Shown: positions 38,680-52,198 of the stretch, piece by piece
Position numbering within the stretch: position 1 is the stretch's first letter
How the letters are laid out: every line of letters starts with the position of its first letter
DNA from: Macrostomum lignano
Taxonomy: Eukaryota
Length of the DNA stretch: 64,000 nucleotides
Reading direction: 5' to 3'
Assembly (NCBI GenBank): GCA_002269645.1
Contig: NIVC01002335.1
Coordinates: 62,001-126,000, forward strand
Translations under genes and position numbers: made by a program
Notes under the pieces: generated by a model
What the model saw: the letters and a program-made list of their open reading frames with translations, nothing else
Databases searched by the model: none
What the model was told of the DNA's origin: nothing

Positions 38680-39430
38680 AGAGACAAGATAAGAGTCGAT
38701 AGAGACTCAGAGAGTAGATGCAGAGTGAGAGAGTAGATGGAGACTGAGAGAGTAGATGGAGACTCAGAGAGTCGATGGAGAGTGAAAGAGTAGATGGAGA
38801 CTGAGAGAGTAGATGGAGACTCAGAGAGTCGATGGAGAGTGAAAGAGTAGATGGAGACTGAGAGAATAGATGGAGACTGAGCGAGTAGATGGAGACTGAG
38901 AGGGTAGATGGAGAGTGAAAGAGTAGATGGAGACTGAGCGAGTAGATGGAGACTGAGAGGGTAGATGGAGACTGAGCGAGTAGATAGAGACTGAGAGGGT
39001 AGATGGAGAGTGAAAGAGTAGATGGAGACTGAGAGGGTAGATGGAGACTGAGCGAGTAGATGGAGACTGAGAGGGTAGACGGAGAGTGAAAGAGTAGATG
39101 GAGACTGAGAGGGTAGAGTGAAAGAGTAGATGGAGACTGAGAGGGTAGATGAAGACTGAGCGAGTAGATGGAGACTGAGAGGGTAGATGGAGACTGAGCG
39201 AGTAGATAGAGACTGAGAGGGTAGATGGAGAGTGAAAGAGTAGATGGAGACTGAGAGGGTAGATGGAGACTGAGAGGGTAGATTGAGACTGAGAGGGTAG
39301 ATGGAGAATGAAAAGGTACATGGAGACTGAGAGGGTAGATGGAGACTGAGAGGGTAGATTGAGACTGAGAGGGTAGATGGAGAATGAAAAGGTACATGGA
39401 GACTGAGGGAATAGATGGAGGCGGAGGCTG
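38680..39430. repeat. 19-bp minisatellite
   Basis: (gagagggtagatggagact)n. Confidence 0.93.
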
Positions 39431-39901
39431 GAGAGACTGTGAGTTAGAGTTAACCACACGGGAAAGCAGGGTAAGAAATGATTGAGAATAGTTGCTAGCG
39501 GGGGATTCGTGCTTGAGCTCAGCAAAGGTCGCCCCCCATCAAAGGATTTTTCTCTTGTGCCCCCGCTTTTATGTCGATGCAAATTATGAAGAGCCGGGCG
39601 GGTCGGTCTGGGTTTGAGGGGGCGACCGCATCTTCGCTCCCCTTGGGGATCTCTAGAATTGCTTTTTTGGTCAAGATTTTCGGATCTCGCATCCCAATTC
39701 ACCAGCTTGCGCCCAGCATTATGGGATCCCCGCATACCCATACAGCAATCCCGCTGAGCTGATTGATGCGAGTCGTCGGCTGAGCTAAGGTGGACGGACG
39801 CACAGTAAAGGAAAGTAATGAGTTTCGCAGTTGCTGACTCCAGAGTCAGAATGGGCGCGGAGTTCTAGAACTAAACATCTGGTTTGTGATTGACAGCCAG
39901 G

Positions 39902-39980
39902 AGGGCCAACCCCCAAGGCTCAGAGAGTGTACATGCCTGACGATTAGAAAGTCAGGGTCGATGTACACCCTCTGTGCGCG
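39902..39980. repeat. Dispersed ~80-bp hairpin-forming repeat, copy 1
   Basis: agggccaacccccaaggctcagagagtgtac.tgcctgacgatt.ga.agtcaggg shared with 59193-59272. Confidence 0.85.
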
Positions 39981-40829
39981 TGAGTATGAGTGATTGCCTG
40001 CGTACAGTATTGCCGCACTTGTGTGTCCTCAGGAGTCAGCTCTGGTTTTGGGACGGTTGTCCCTCCTGCCGATATTATAATTGTTTTTGATCATCCAGTC
40101 TCCACTACCAGATATTCTACTTTAGAACTGCATGGCTTTGGGCATCGAACCAGAGGCCGAAACAAACAAGGCATCACCACCAGCCCCTGAGTATTAACAA
40201 TGCCCTCCGGTTCCGGAGGGGGGGGCGGTCGGTCCAATTAACTCTGTTTTAGTTGAAACATTTTCATTCAAGTTACTATGCCAGCAGTACGGTTGATCCG
40301 CCTGTTTACGGCCATTCAAAATGCTAATGAGGCCCGCGAAGTGTTGGCCTGTTTAAGGTCCTCTTGGGGTGTTGAAAAAATTGTTTTGAACTTTTCTCCG
40401 GTTAACAAGCGACCCCCGTTTAACTCCAGCATCCCCGAGGCAGAAATTTCCTGAGTGGAAAAGGAGAGAGAGGAAGGGGGCAAACAAGGCAGACAGGCAG
40501 AGAGCTGCTTTGCCTGTCACGTGACGGAGCGGAGGGGGTTCAATGTGAGTGGCGTCGCAGTGTCCCTGTCATCTCGGCAAACAATGCAGCAGCCGTAGCC
40601 ACAGATGGAAACGGCTTGGCAAGTCTCCTTTGAACCATGAATTCCTTTTTAAGCTTGCCTATTGCCGTGAAGCCTCGCTCAGAGGACTCGCCCTGTTCTA
40701 ATCCGTATTTGAAAGCCACTTGTGCCTTATTTGCCTTGTTTCCCTATGAGGACCCTGGATGCTTGGAAGTGCAAACAATTGAAAGGTGAATATGCGAGTG
40801 TGTGTGTGTGGGTGAGTGTGTGTGAATGA

Positions 40830-41750
40830 TTTTGTCGACGAATCGCTTGTGAATTAATGTGAATGATTTATGAAGGACTGTGAATGGTTTGTAGAGGATT
40901 GTGAATGGATTGTGGATGATTTTGAATGGTTTGTGGAGGATTGTGAATGGTTTGTGGAGGATTGTGAATGGTTTATGGAGGATTGTGAATGGTTTTTGGA
41001 GGATTGTGAATGGTTTGTGGAGGATTTTGAATGGTTTGTGGAGGATTGTGAATAGTTTGTGGAGGATTGTGAGTGATTTGTGGAGGATTGTGAATGGTTT
41101 GTGGAGGATTGTGAATGGTTTATGGAGGATTGTGAATGGTTTATTGAGGAATGTGAGTGGTTTGTGGAGGATTGTGAATAGTTTGTGGATGATTTTGAAT
41201 GGCTTTTGGAGGACTGTGAATGGTTTGTGGTGGATTGTGAATAGTTTGTGGGGGATTGTGAATGGTTTGTGGAGGATTGTGAATGGTTTGTGGTGGATTG
41301 TGAATAGTTTTTGGAGGAATGTGAATGGTTTATGGAGGAATGTGAATGGTTTGTGGAGGATTGTGAATGGTTTGTGGAGGATTGTGAATGGTTTGTGGAG
41401 GATTGTGAATGGTTTGTGGAGGATTGTGAATGGTTTATCGAGGAATGTGAATGGTTTGTGGAGGATTGTGAATGGTTTGTGGAGAATTGTGAATGGTTTG
41501 TGGAGGATTGTGAATGGTTTGTGGAGGAATGTGAATGGTTTGTGGAGGATTGTGAATGGTTTGTGGAGGATTGTGAATGGTTTGTGGAGGATTGTGAATG
41601 GTTTGTGGAGGATTGTGAATGGTTTGTGGAGGATTGTGAATGGTTTGTGGAGGATTGTGAATGGTTTGTGGAGGATTGTGAATGGTTTGTGGAGGATTGT
41701 GAATGGTTTGTGGAGGATTGTGAATGGTTTGTGGATGATTTTGAATAGTT
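40830..41750. repeat. 21-bp minisatellite
   Basis: (ttgtgaatggtttgtggagga)n. Confidence 0.95.
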
Positions 41751-42699
41751 TTTTAGTGATTTTTTATCATTTAAATCTTACAGCAAATTTTAAGTCAGTT
41801 GAGAAGCTCGCAGACAGCTCTAAGTGAACAGAGACTGTGCAGCAAAACAAAAGACCCTTGCAGAAATTTTTTCAGGGCGAGATTGGAATGCGTGAATCTT
41901 TGGTGGCCGCAAATGTTTGCTCTTCGTGACCCGACCGGCTGAAGGGTCCCGGATGTGTCCCAGCAAATGTGAGGGCATCCCGGTGCAGGTCCCTGCAGAG
42001 CGGGGAAGACGACAGCTGAAAGCCATTCTCCGAGTCAACAATGCCTCGTATCTGGGTAGAACTTTTCTGCTTCAACAAAACAATCTTTTAACAACGCTTG
42101 AGCTCTCAGGCAAGCGAGCTCTGGAATCAGGCAGCTTCCCAGAAGCCTCGCTGCTACACCCCCCCGCTGCCCAGCTTCCCAAACTGGGAGTCTATAGGTG
42201 AGCAGTGTGTGTGTGTGTGTAAGTGTGTGGAAAGTTCTCACTCTCAGTGCTAAATTGCTAGATAGACTAAAAGCGGGAACAATGGCCTCAGCAATGCTGA
42301 GTGACGCGTGTTACCCCAGCCTGGCCCTGTGTGTTATTTCCCACTTTCCCATTTCAGATAATGGGGAGCCTTGCCACCCAGCCTCACTCCTCATCAACTG
42401 TCAGGGTCTGGCCGGGACTCCGCATCCACCCTCCCCCCCTCTCTCTCTTCCCCTCTCTTTCATTCTTACTTGCGAAAAATTTTCTTCTGCTTTTTGCGGG
42501 TGCCATTGGCAACAAATTCTTCTCACCCCATCGATTTTCGCATCGCCTTGAACTGTATGAGGTTGAGCAGAATCTGTCTGGCCCAGCCTTGCCAGAGGGA
42601 GCGGGGGGAATTCCGCTTTCTTATTATTAAGGCTCCCCATCCTTGGCCGTTGTTTTGTTGCGACTGGACCCTGCGAAGGTTCCAAAATTTCTGTAGATA

Positions 42700-43200
42700 C
42701 CGAAGGTCCCGGAGGTCCCGAAGGTCCCGAAATTCCCGAAGTTCTCGAAGGTCTCGAAGGTCCCGAAGGTCCCGAAGGTCCCGAAGGTCCCGAAGGTCCC
42801 GAAGGTCCCGAAGGTCCCGAAGGTCCCGAAGGTCCCGAAGGTCCCAAAGGTCCCGAAGGTCCCAAAGGTCCCGAAGGTCCCAAAGGTCCCGAAGGTCCCG
42901 AAGGTCCCGAAGGTCCCGAAGGTCCCGAAGGTCCCGAAGGTCCCGAAGGTCCCGAAGGTCCCGAAGGTCCCGAAGGTCCCGAAGGTCCCGAAGGTCCCGA
43001 AGGTCCCGAAGGTCCCGAAGGTCCCGAAGGTCCCGAAGGTCCCGAAGGTCCCGAAGGTCCCGAAGGTCCCGAAGGTCCCGAAGGTCCCGAAGGTCCCGAA
43101 GGTCCCGAAGGTCCCGAAGGTCCCGAAGGTCCCGAAGGTCCCGAAGGTCCCGAAGGTCCCGAAGGTCCCGAAGGTCCCGAAGGTCCCGAAGGTCCCGAAG
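42700..43200. repeat. 9-bp minisatellite
   Basis: (ggtcccgaa)n, ~55 units. Confidence 0.95.
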
Positions 43201-44309
43201 GTTTAGTCTGGCATTTCAACCACAGAACAGCATTCTGTGTAAGTTCTGTGATTTCAACTGCCAACATATCTATTCAACCAGCAAAGCAGCTGTCCCGGAA
43301 GCCACAGTCACACGGTAACCAAGCGTAAACCGCACTATATGTCTATATTATCGACTTGAATCTCCCTTAATTTGATTCATGAATTTGTTCACCAAACCAG
43401 AAACTTTCGGCCCCAATATTATCTCACACACCTTGGCCGCCGCGCAGCTGGGCAAATGCAATATAGACACGGCTGTAGTTCAGCATTCAAGACACAAACT
43501 ACATATGGGATTAAATCCCCTTACCCTCCCTCAGTCACGGTCTGTTAATCTTCCTTACTTCTCTCCCCTCCTACCTTCCTTTTTCCTTCCCCTTACCTTC
43601 CTGTCCTGGCACTTGGTTTCTGCCCCTTCTCCTCTCTCTCTCTACACACACATTGGTTGCCCTCGGCAACCGAACGACAGTGGAGAGGCGTCAGGTCAGC
43701 CCTGGCCCAGTCGCGGGGCTGCATGGCTTAGAAGGATTGGAATCCCCCTCTCATCCCTCCAGGCCAGTGGGGAGCAGCTCAGCGGCTTACAGTCAGGCAG
43801 ATAAATTGCGGCAACCATGGCTGGCCCCCAATCATTTTACCCACTCCCCGGCCCAGCTGAATTTCAACTTTCAGTTTGCCTCACGAGTTTTAGAAGCTTC
43901 CGTAAGCAGCGGCAGCAGCAGCGGCTACGGCAAAACTGGTAAGTTCCTGTCCGGCCTAAAGTCCCAAATTTTAATCCCAAGCCTGAAACTCGAACTCCTG
44001 ACCACAAGCCGCCTGAACTTTTGTCTCAAACCGCAGAAGCAAAGAGAAATTGCTTTTATTTGCTAAAAGAAAGCGATGATTCGGTGAGCAAAATTTCAGG
44101 TTGCAAGCAGTCAGAGCAAGCCAAGGTTGTATTAACCCCCGATCTGCATGCTTTTTTCTCTTTATGATCTCACGCTGTTTAATTAACACTATGGGAGCTT
44201 GCTCTCAATACGTATTTTTCATGGCCAGGCAGGACTTTTCCAACTTCTTTCCTCACATCCTTCCATCACTACTCTTATTTGTACTCTCTTGGTTCAATAC
44301 TTGTTTTTC

Positions 44310-44960
44310 CCTCTCACATCATTCTCTCATCTCGCCCTCTCATCTCACCCTCTCATCTCGCCCTCTAATCTCACCCTCTCATCTCGCCCTCTCATCTCAC
44401 CCTCTCATCTCACCCTCTCATCTCGCCCTCTCATCTCACCCTCTAATCTCGTTCTCTTATCTCGCCCTCTCATCTCACCCTCTCATCTCACCCTCTCATC
44501 TCACCCTCTCATCTAGTTCTCTTATCTCGCCCTCTCATCTCACCCTCTCATCTCACCCTCTCATCTCACCCTCTCATCTCACCCTCTCATCTCACCCTCT
44601 CATCTAGTTCTCTTATCTCGCCCTCTCATCTCACCCTCTCATCTCGCCCTCTCATCTCACCCTCTCATCTCACCCTCTCATCTCGCTCTCTCTCATCTCA
44701 CCCTCTCACTTCACCCTCTCATCTCGCCCTCTCATCTCGCCCTCTAATCTCGCCCTCTCATCTCACCCTCTCATCTCACCCTCTCATCTCGCTCTCTCTC
44801 ATCTCACCCTCTCACTTCACCCTCTCATCTCGCCCTCTCATCTCGCCCTCTAATCTCGCCCTCTCATCTCGCCCTCTAATCTCGCCCTCTCATCTCACCC
44901 TCTCATCTCATCCTCTCATCTCACTCTTTCATCACACCCTCTCATCTCACTCTTTTTTAT
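44310..44960. repeat. 13-bp pyrimidine-rich minisatellite
   Basis: (ctctcatctcrcc)n. Confidence 0.93.
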
Positions 44961-45679
44961 ATTATTCTTTCATCTCGTGCTCCCTCATCTCACTGTCTCA
45001 CCTCAGCTTCTTATCTCAGTTTCTCATACTACCCTCTCTTCTCACCATCTACTTTCCATCTCACCATGCTCTTGTTTTCTCTCTCCGCTCTCACCTATTA
45101 TCCTTTGTCTTTGCCACCTTTCACTCAACAAAGTGACAGTAAACTCAACGCGTGCGAAAACTCGCCCAGATCCTCTGGAGCCAAGAAGGCTTGAAGCGGT
45201 CTGCAAGCCTCAGTAAATATTCCATCTGCATTGCTATCCCCCATCCTCTCTAGCCTTTCTATTTCTCAACTGGCTTCCCAGCCAGCCAGCCAGCCAGTTC
45301 CCACGCTGAATCCGCCCCCGGCAACCAACAGATGCTGGAGGCTTCATCTATTTGTTTCTCATTTCTGCGGTTAACAGCGGCAGCAGGGCCCGCATCCTCT
45401 GCAGCCTCCCTCCCTTACCCATCCACTTTCCCCATCTGAGAGGCGAACGGCGCACCTTCAGCGCGAGTCATCTGTGCCTTTCGTCCTAACCGGTGTTGCA
45501 ACCTGGGGTGGCATTCCGCTTTATTGACTCTCTGGCAGCCCTGCCCAGAGTGCTTAGCGTCTCTTCCCTGCCCTCTGCTTCTTTTGTCACCACATGGAAC
45601 AGGAACTCCTGACCGAATCAGCTCTTCCCGAATCCTCTTCTTTTTAGTCAGGCCAACATCCACATCAATACCAACTCGC

Positions 45680-46200
45680 AACCTCCACCTCCTCTCTCCC
45701 CACTCTTCTCTTTTCTCTCCTCTCTCCTCTCATCTATCTCTCCTCTTTTCTCTCCTCTCTCCTCTCACCCCCGTTTTCTCTCCTCTCTTTTCTCTCCTCT
45801 CTCCTCTCTCCCCCGTTTTCTCTCCTCTCTTTTATCTCCTCTCTCCTCTCTCCCCTGTTTTCTCTCCTCTCACCCCCGTTTTCTCTCCTCTCTTTTCTCT
45901 CCTCTCTCCTCTCTCCCCCGTTTTCTCTCCTCTCTTTTATCTCCTCTCTCCTCTCACCCCCGTTTTCTCTCCTATCTTTTCTCTCCCCTCTCCTCCCTCC
46001 CCTGTTTTCTCTCCTCTCTCCCCTGTTTTCTCTCCTCTCTTCTCTCTCCTCTCTCCTCTCTCCCTTATGCTCTCTCCTCTCCCCCCTCTTTTTCTCTCCC
46101 CTCTCCTCTCATCTATCTCTCGTCTTTTCTCTCTTATCTCCTCTCTTTTCTCTCTTATCTCCTCTCTTTTCTCTCGTCTCTCTTCTCTCCTCTTTCCTCT
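45680..46200. repeat. CT-rich low-complexity tract
   Basis: ctctcctctc/ttttctct mosaic. Confidence 0.88.
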
Positions 46201-46749
46201 CTCTTCTAGTCTTTTTCATGTCTCATATGTAAATTCTCTCATCTCTTCTCCTAAATGTATCTTTCCTATTTCAACTTTCCCATCTTATTTCTCATTTCTC
46301 TCTCATGCGCACATTGTTAGTCTCTATTCAATCTTTATTTTCCTAAAAAAATTGTTAGTTTCCAAATGATTCTAATCAATAAGCCGAAAACCATTGACTA
46401 GATCAAGTTTTCGGTGTGTATGAGCAATCCCTACTAAATAAAGATTAAAAACATGCAACTACATGTTAATTGAGCCATGTCAACAATGGACTGCTACAAG
46501 CGTACACACTTACTCAAAGTCGTTATTGACGAATTAATCAACTGAATGATAGCATTAAAAATATTTGATTGAGCTGGATTAGCTACTGCAAGTAGCATGG
46601 TAGGTTGCAAGGGGAACAAGGGCGAAATGTACGAGTATTTGTTAGTTTCAGCAGATTTTTATTGCTTATCTTGGCAGAAACGGCTATTAAGGCCATCAAA
46701 TAAGTATATCGGAACAATTAAGCTGAGATGAAGCTTGAAATTGAGTCTT

Positions 46750-49700
46750 GGCACCTCAGCAATTCCCTCTTGATCATTGGCACCTCAGCATTCCCCCCAT
46801 TGATCACTGGCACCTCAGCATTCCCCATTGATCATTGGCACCTCAGTATTCCCCCCATTGATCATTGGCACCTCAGCATTCCCCCATGTATTATTGGCAC
46901 CTCAGCATTCCCCCATTGATCATTGGCACCTCAGCATTCCCCCATTGATCATTGGCACCTCAGCATTCCCCTCATTGATCATTGGCACCTCAGCATTCCC
47001 CCATGTATCATTGGCACCTCAGCATTCCCCCATGTATCATTGGCACCTCAGCATTCCCCCATGTATCATTGGCACCTCAGCATTCCCCCATGTATCATTG
47101 GCACCTCAGCATTCCCCCCCATTGATCATTGGCACCTCTGAATTCCCCCATGTATCATTGGCACCTCAGCATTCCCCATTGATCATTGGCACCTCAGAAT
47201 TCCCTCTTGATCATTGGCACCTCAGCATTCCCTCTTGATCATTGGCACCTCAGCATTCCCCCATCCATGTATCATTGGCACCTCAGAATTCCCTCTTGAT
47301 CATTGGCACCTCAGCATTCCCCATTGATCACTGGCACCTCAGCATTCCCCATTGATCATTGGCACCTCAGTATTCCCTCTTGATCATTGGCACCTCAGCA
47401 TTCCCCATTGATAATTGGCACCTCAGCATTCCCCATTGATCATTGGCACCTCAGCATTCCCTCTTGATCATTGGCACCTCAGCATTCCCATTGATAATTG
47501 GCACCTCAGAATTCCCTCTTGATCATTGGCACCTCAGCATTCCCTCTTGATCATTGGCACCTCAGCATTCCCCCCATGTATCATTGGCACCTCAGCATTC
47601 CCCCATGTATCATTGGCACTTCAGCATTCCCCCATGTATCATTGGCACCTCAGCATTCCCCCCATTGATCATTAGCACCTCAGTATTCCCCCCATTGATC
47701 ATTGGCACCTCTGAATTCCCCCATGTATCATTGGCACCTCAGCATTCCCCATTGATCATTGGCACCTCAGCATTCCCCATGTATTATTGGCACCTCAGCA
47801 TTCCCCCCATGTATCATTGGCACCTCAGCATTCCCCCATGTATCATTGGCACCTCAGCATTCCCCCATGTGTCATTGGCACCTCAGCATTCCCCCCCCAT
47901 TGATCATTGGCACCTCAGTATTCCCCCCATTGATCATTGGCACCTCTGAATTCCCCCATGTATCATTGGCACCTCAGCATTCCCCATTGATCATTGGCAC
48001 CTCAGAATTCCCTCTTGATCATTGGCACCTCAGCATTCCCTCTTGATCATTGGCACCTCAGCATTCCCCCATCCATGTATCATTGGCACCTCAGAATTCC
48101 CTCTTGATCATTGGCACCTCAGCATTCCCCATTGATCACTGGCACCTCAGCATTCCCCATTGATCATTGGCACCTCAGTATTCCCTCTTGATCATTGGCA
48201 CCTCAGCATTCCCCATTGATAATTGGCACCTCAGAATTCCCTCTTGATCATTGGCACCTCAGCATTCCCTCTTGATCATTGGCACCTCAGCATTCCCCCC
48301 CATGTATTATTGGCACCTCAGCATTCCCCCATTGATCATTGGCACCTCAGCATTCCCCCATTGATCATTGGCACCTCAGCATTCCCCTCATTGATCATTG
48401 GCACCTCAGCATTCCCCCATGTATCATTGGCACCTCAGCATTCCCCCATGTATCATTGGCACCTCAGCATTCCCCATTGATCATTGGCACCTCAGCATTC
48501 CCCCATGTATTATTGGCACCTCAGCATTCCCCCCATGTATCATTGGCACCTCAGCATTCCCCCATTGATCATTGGCACCTCAGCATTCCCCCATGTATTA
48601 TTGGCACCTCAGCATTCCCCCCATGTATCATTGGCACCTCAGCATTCCCCCCATTGATCACTGGCACCTCAGAATTCCCTCTTGATCATTGGCACCTCAG
48701 CATTCCCCATTAATCACTGGCACCTCAGCATTCCCCCATGTATTATTGGCACCTCAGCATTCCCCCCATGTATCATTGGCACCTCAGCATTCCCCCATGT
48801 ATCATTGGCACCTCAGCATTCCCCCATGTGTCATTGGCACCTCAGCATTCCCCCCCCATTGATCATTGGCACCTCAGTATTCCCCCCATTGATCATTGGC
48901 ACCTCTGAATTCCCCATGTATCATTGGCACCTCAGCATTCCCCATTGATCATTGGCACCTCAGAATTCCCTCTTGATCATTGGCACCTCAGCATTCCCTC
49001 TTGATCATTGGCACCTCAGCATTCCCCATCCATGTATCATTGGCACCTCAGAATTCCCTCTTGATCATTGGCACCTCAGCATTCCCCATTGATCACTGGC
49101 ACCTCAGCATTCCCCATTGATCATTGGCACCTCAGTATTCCCTCTTGATCATTGGCACCTCAGCGTTCCCCATTGATAATTGGCACCTCAGAATTCCCTC
49201 TTGATCATTGGCACCTCAGCATTCCCTCTTGATCATTGGCACCTCAGCATTCCCCCATGTATCATTGGCACCTCAGCATTCCCCCCATGTATCATTGGCA
49301 CCTCAGCATTCCCCCATGTATCATTGGCACCTCAGCATTCCCCCCATTGATCATTGGCACCTCAGTATTCCCCCCATTGATCATTGGCACCTCTGAATTC
49401 CCCCATGTATCATTGGCACCTCAGCATTCCCCATTGATCATTGGCACCTCAGCATTCCCCCATGTATTATTGGCACCTCAGCATTCCCCCCATGTATCAT
49501 TGGCACCTCAGCATTCCCCCATTGATCATTGGCACCTCAGCATTCCCCCATGTATTATTGGCACCTCAGCATTCCCCCCATGTATCATTGGCACCTCAGC
49601 ATTCCCCCCATTGATCACTGGCACCTCAGAATTCCCTCTTGATCATTGGCACCTCAGCATTCCCCATTAATCACTGGCACCTCAGCATTCCCCATTGATC

Positions 49701-49940
49701 ACTGGCACCTCAGCATTCCCCATTGACCACTGGCACCTCAGCATTCCCCATTGATCATTGGCACCTCAGCATTCCCCATTGACCACTGGCACCTCAGCAT
49801 TCCCCATTGATCACTGGCACCTCAGCATTCCCATTGATCATTGGCACCTCAGCATTCCCCATTGATCACTGGCACCTCAGCATTCCCCATTGATCATTGG
49901 CACCTCAGCATTCCCCCATTGATCACTGGCACCTCAGTAT
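46750..49940. repeat. 28-30-bp minisatellite
   Basis: ttggcacctcagcattcccc(attga/atgta)tca units. Confidence 0.96.
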
Positions 49941-50574
49941 TTCTTCTTGAGTGCGTCTGAGAAGCCGAAGCAGTTATAGCTGTGTTATAATATCTAAACC
50001 AGCATGCAAAATCACGTGCAGTTTTGTAAGAAATTACGTGACTGAAAATGCATTCAAACATCAATTTCTGTAAGCAACACTATCGCAGACAAACTCGCCA
50101 CTCTAATGACATTTGTATGCGCAAGCAAAGAATGTTGATTGCTACGCTTCATTTAGCAAGAGTTGAGTAGAGATCACAGCGCAGCTAGATTGGTGTAAAA
50201 ATAGGCGTGCCATGGAGTGGCTTGCAGTAGCTTTCAAGCCAGACAATGGCTGTCTTCATAAACTAGTTGAGCAGGTCTCACTCAATGCAATCTAGCAGTG
50301 CGGCTCTAGTGGCTTGCGCCAGCCTCTCACTTCTATTAAGCCATCTATTTGGAAAGATGCTCTAAAAAGCTTCATGCTGTTGAGAGGGTCTGCCGAGTAG
50401 CAGACACGTGCGAACAAACCAGTGCAATAGTACCTTCCTACCAATTTTTGTTAGCAAAACGTGTGCCCAGTGGACGGTTAATGGAGTGCCATAAACTTAG
50501 ATATCTGGAGAGGGACAGTGGGACCCTTTTGCAGTGAGTTCTGTCACTAAGTCACTCACTCTGTCATCTCAGCA

Positions 50575-51970
50575 ACTCCCCATGAGCCTTGGCATCTCAG
50601 CAGTTGAGCCTTGGCATCTCAGCAGTTGAGCCTTGGCATCTCAGCAGTTGAGCCTTGGCATCTCAGCAGTTAAGCCTTGGCATCTCAGCAGTTGAGCCTT
50701 GGCATCTCAGCAGTTGAGCCTTGGCATCTCAGCAGTTGAGCCTTGGCATCTCAGCAGTTGAGCCTTGGCATCTCAGCAGTTAAGCCTTGGCATCTCAGCA
50801 GTTGAGCCTTGGCATCTCAGCAGTTGAGCCTTGGCATCTCAGCAGTTGAGCCTTGGCATCTCAGCAGTTGAGCCTTGGCATCTCAGCAGTTGAGCCTTGG
50901 CATCTCAGCAGTTGAGCCTTGGCATCTCAGCAGTTGAGCCTTGGCATCTCAGCAGTTGAGCCTTGGCATCTCAGCAGTTAAGCCTTGGCATCTCAGCAGT
51001 TGAGCCTTGGCATCTCAGCAGTTGAGCCTTGGCATCTCAGCAGTTAAGCCTTGGCATCTCAGCAGTTGAGCCTTGGCATCTCAGCAGTTGAGCCTTGGCA
51101 TCTCAGCAGTTGAGCCTTGGCATCTCAGCAGTTGAGCCTTGGCATCTCAGCAACTCCCCCATGAGCCTTGGCATCTCAGCAACTCCCCATGAGCCTTGGC
51201 ATCTCAGCAACTCCCCATGAGCCTTGGCATCTCAGCAACTCCCCTTGAGCCTTGGCATCTCAGCAACTCCCCTTGAGCCTTGGCATCTCAGCAGTTGAGC
51301 CTTGGCATCTCAGCAACTCCCCATGAGCCTTGGCATCTCAGCAACTCCCCATGAGCCTTGGCATCTCAGCAACTCCCCATGAGCCTTGGCATCTCAGCAA
51401 CTCCCCATGAGCCTTGGCATCTCAGCAACTCCCCATGAGCCTTGGCATCTCAGCAACTCCCCATGAGCCTTGGCATCTCAGCAACTCCCCATGAGTCTTG
51501 GCATCTCAGCAACTCCCCATGAGCCTTGGTATCTCAGCAACTCCCCATGAGCCTTGGCATCTCAGCAACTCCCCATGAGCCTTGGCATCTCAGCAACTCC
51601 CCATGAGCCTTGGCATCTCAGCAACTCCCCATGAGCCTTGGTATCTCAGCAACTCCTCATGAGCCTTGGTATCTCAGCAACTCCCCATGAGCCTTGGCAT
51701 CTCAGCAACTCCCCATGAGCCTTGGCATCTCAGCAACTCCCCATGAGCCTTGGTATCTCAGCAACTCCCCATGAGCCTTGGCATCTCAGCAAGTCCCCTT
51801 GAGCCTTGGTATCTCAGCAACTCCCTTTGAGCCTTGGTATCTCAGCAACTCCCCATGAGCCTTGGCATCTCAGCAACTCCCCATGAGCCTTGGCATCTCA
51901 GCAACTCCCCATGAGCCTTGGCATCTCAGCAACTCCCCATGAGCCTTGGCATCTCAGCAGTTGAGCCTTG
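50575..51970. repeat. 22-bp switching to 28-bp minisatellite
   Basis: gagccttggcatctcagcagtt then gagccttggcatctcagcaactccccat. Confidence 0.96.
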
Positions 51971-52103
51971 GCAAGTTATAATAGATATTTTAGAAGCTGC
52001 TTAAGTTTTTGAAGTACGATGGCTACTATTTGTTAAAGCTTAAACTGGTTTCCAATCCAGACGCTAGATCTGCATAGAGCTCCTTGAACGGTTGAAGGGA
52101 CGG

Positions 52104-52110
52104 TATTTAT
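52104..52110 (+). promoter_or_regulatory. Possible TATA-like box for the secreted-peptide gene
   Basis: TATTTAT in a GC-rich context upstream of the ATG. Confidence 0.35.
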
Positions 52111-52198
52111 GCGGCCCCCTCTCGCGCTGCCCCGAGCCCCTCTTCAAGGTCCCAGCAATCAGCGCCTCTCAGTCGAAACCAGTTGCTCACTGCCCATC

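Noticed and set aside
39925-39970. SECIS element
   Set aside because: It has ATGC rather than the AUGA quartet, the wrong helix II length, and no linked UGA-containing ORF.
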